Shown: one piece after another, positions 37,346 through 39,062 of the stretch
How positions within the stretch are numbered: position 1 is the first letter of the stretch
Layout of the letters: every line of letters begins with the position of its first letter
NCBI GenBank assembly: GCA_036745855.1
Contig: DAIOFF010000001.1
Coordinates: forward strand, 1-39,062
Reading direction: 5' to 3'
DNA from: Scrofimicrobium sp.
GTDB lineage: Bacteria > Actinomycetota > Actinomycetes > Actinomycetales > Actinomycetaceae
DNA length: 39,062 nt
Notes under the pieces: generated by a model
What the model saw: only the letters and a program-made list of their open reading frames with translations
What the model was told of the DNA's origin: nothing
Database searches by the model: none
Position numbers and translations under genes: made by a program

Positions 37346-38890
37346 TCACGCACGCGCCGTTTTTTCAGACAACACATGCAGGTCTTCGAACACTCCCTGT
37401 AGCTGCGGATACAGCTTCCTTTGGATTGCAGCTACCTCTTGATATTGGGCGTGGCGTTCCATATCCGGCTCAACCGTCTCACCAAAATGAGCCATGGCCT
37501 CAGCAGACTTCGCTACATCCGGTTTACCATGCGCGCCAGTCGCTGCCATCGCTAGTACCGCGGCGCCCAATGCCGAAATCTCATCTTCAGCACAAACAGT
37601 AATCGGAAGACCTACCGTATCTGCCATGATCTGACGCCAAAGCTTTGAGCGAACACCGCCGCCCATAGCCCGAAGCGTTGTCAGCTTCGTACCAGTTCCG
37701 GCCTCGATAGAATCCAAGTTAAGGCGCATCTCAAAACCAATAGACTCCAGAATCGAGCGATACATGTGAGCGCGCGTGTGAATGCCGCGCCACCCAACAG
37801 TTGCGCCTCTTGCAACCGAATCCCAGTACGGGGATTGCACAGCATTCCAGTATGGCAAAGTTATGAGCCCTTCACATCCTGGAGCGATCGCGCCAGCCGC
37901 CGCATCAAGGGCTGCATCCGGCGCTCCTTCAAGTGCCGGGTCCCCGAACTCACGTCTAAACCAGCCTGCCAAGAAAGAACCCGAAGACTGCAAAACTTCA
38001 AACACGAACTGTCCCGGAACGCCCGAAACGTGCGTCCTGAAAACGGGGTCATACTTGTAGGTTGGCGAGGCCACCCCGGCATTCACCGCAGTCCCCATAT
38101 TGAGGTACGCAATCTCAGGGCGGACGGCTGCCGCCCCAATCCCTGCGGCTTGTCCGTCGCCAAGACCAGCAATAACCGGAATGTCCCCACTAAGGCCCCA
38201 CTCTTCAACCAGTTCAGGTCGAAGGTTCGCTATTGGGTCTGCAGGTGTCACCAGCTCAGCCATCTGATCGCGTCGCACCCCAGCGATTTCAAGGAGGCTG
38301 TCCGCATAGTCGAAATGTTGAATATCAAGCAAACCAAGCGAATCCGCTGCCGCGGCTGATGAAGCCCACCTTCCAGTCAAGTTGAAAGTCACGTATGCAA
38401 GGACGTCAACGACCTTATCTGCCTTCTCAAACACCTCAGGTTCATTCTCATGAACCCACGCCATTTTATACAAAGCAGGTGTCACGCCCGGTGGTTTACC
38501 AGAAAGTCTGTGAATTTCAGGCGAACCATAGGCCCGAATCTGCTTTGTAGCCCTTCCATCCAGCCATAGTATTCCATTACGAAGCGGCGTTCCATCTGCC
38601 TTAAAGGGAGCAAATGACTCCCGTTGATGGGTGATACCGACAGCCTTGATACGCGCCCTATCTGTTGGCGTTAACCGCGATAGGACCTCACCAATTGTCT
38701 CTTTCGACGTTTGCCACCAAAGCCGCGGGTCATGCTCATAGCAATCAACCGCGGGCTCCAACAACGGAATATCTCGCTTCGCGGTCTCCCACACGTTCCC
38801 ACCAGCATCAACAACAATTGCTTTGGTTGATGTAGTGGAAGAATCGATCGCTACCACCAAAGGCCCGTCAGCGAGTCGAGTGTTGGTCAT
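37346..38890 (-). CDS. FGGY-family carbohydrate kinase (xylulokinase/glycerol-kinase-like)
   Basis: IDSSTTSTKA, QRES, WLDGRA, GLGDGQAAG, MGT, ILESI, GGG, SALGAA; SD AAGGAG. Confidence 0.93.
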   Translation of the reverse strand: MTNTRLADGPLVVAIDSSTTSTKAIVVDAGGNVWETAKRDIPLLEPAVDCYEHDPRLWWQTSKETIGEVLSRLTPTDRARIKAVGITHQRESFAPFKADGTPLRNGILWLDGRATKQIRAYGSPEIHRLSGKPPGVTPALYKMAWVHENEPEVFEKADKVVDVLAYVTFNLTGRWASSAAAADSLGLLDIQHFDYADSLLEIAGVRRDQMAELVTPADPIANLRPELVEEWGLSGDIPVIAGLGDGQAAGIGAAAVRPEIAYLNMGTAVNAGVASPTYKYDPVFRTHVSGVPGQFVFEVLQSSGSFLAGWFRREFGDPALEGAPDAALDAAAGAIAPGCEGLITLPYWNAVQSPYWDSVARGATVGWRGIHTRAHMYRSILESIGFEMRLNLDSIEAGTGTKLTTLRAMGGGVRSKLWRQIMADTVGLPITVCAEDEISALGAAVLAMAATGAHGKPDVAKSAEAMAHFGETVEPDMERHAQYQEVAAIQRKLYPQLQGVFEDLHVLSEKTARA

Positions 38891-39021
38891 TTTGATTCTC
38901 CTTCATCATTGAATGGACCTGCCAGGAAAGCTTGCCGCATCCTCATCCGAAAGATTACCACTTTGTCTGTTAGTTTTACCAATCATTTTGTGAATCAGCT
39001 TCTAACCGCCTCTCACCAGGC

Positions 39022-39062
39022 AAAAAAGTATTGTGGGGTTGAGGATGCCTCACCCTCAACCC
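39022..39062 (-). terminator. Hairpin with nearby U-tract, probable terminator of an upstream minus-strand gene outside the window
   Basis: GGGTTGAGG (39036-39044) pairs with CCTCAACCC (39054-39062); A6 at 39022-39027 reads as U6 on the minus strand; truncated by the window edge. Confidence 0.55.

Overview
Chromosomal window from a moderately GC-rich actinobacterium (gene content and order suggest Actinomycetaceae or similar; this is inference). From left to right: (1) a self-contained fatty-acid synthesis operon birA-accBC-accD-fas (type I, 3065 aa)-acpS; (2) an Old Yellow Enzyme gene, an SsbB-like ssb preceded by two perfect DnaA boxes, and orn/ilvA transcribed divergently from apparently leaderless promoters; (3) an orphan secreted WxL-like protein; (4) a TPP-riboswitch-controlled thiamine ABC transporter (thiBPQ); (5) an unannotated acidic 314-aa protein built from four copies of a ~75-aa module; (6) a TetR-regulated family-5 ABC transporter plus GH3 beta-glucosidase operon, with a nine-copy degenerate 12-14 bp repeat array between the binding-protein gene and the ATPase genes; (7) a polyol/tetritol-type catabolic cluster (DhaK-DhaL fusion kinase, Zn-dehydrogenase, DeoR, divergent GpsA-like dehydrogenase, FGGY kinase) that probably continues past the right edge. 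I saw no rRNA, tRNA, CRISPR array, transposase or phage gene. All assignments come from reading motifs by eye; no database search was run.
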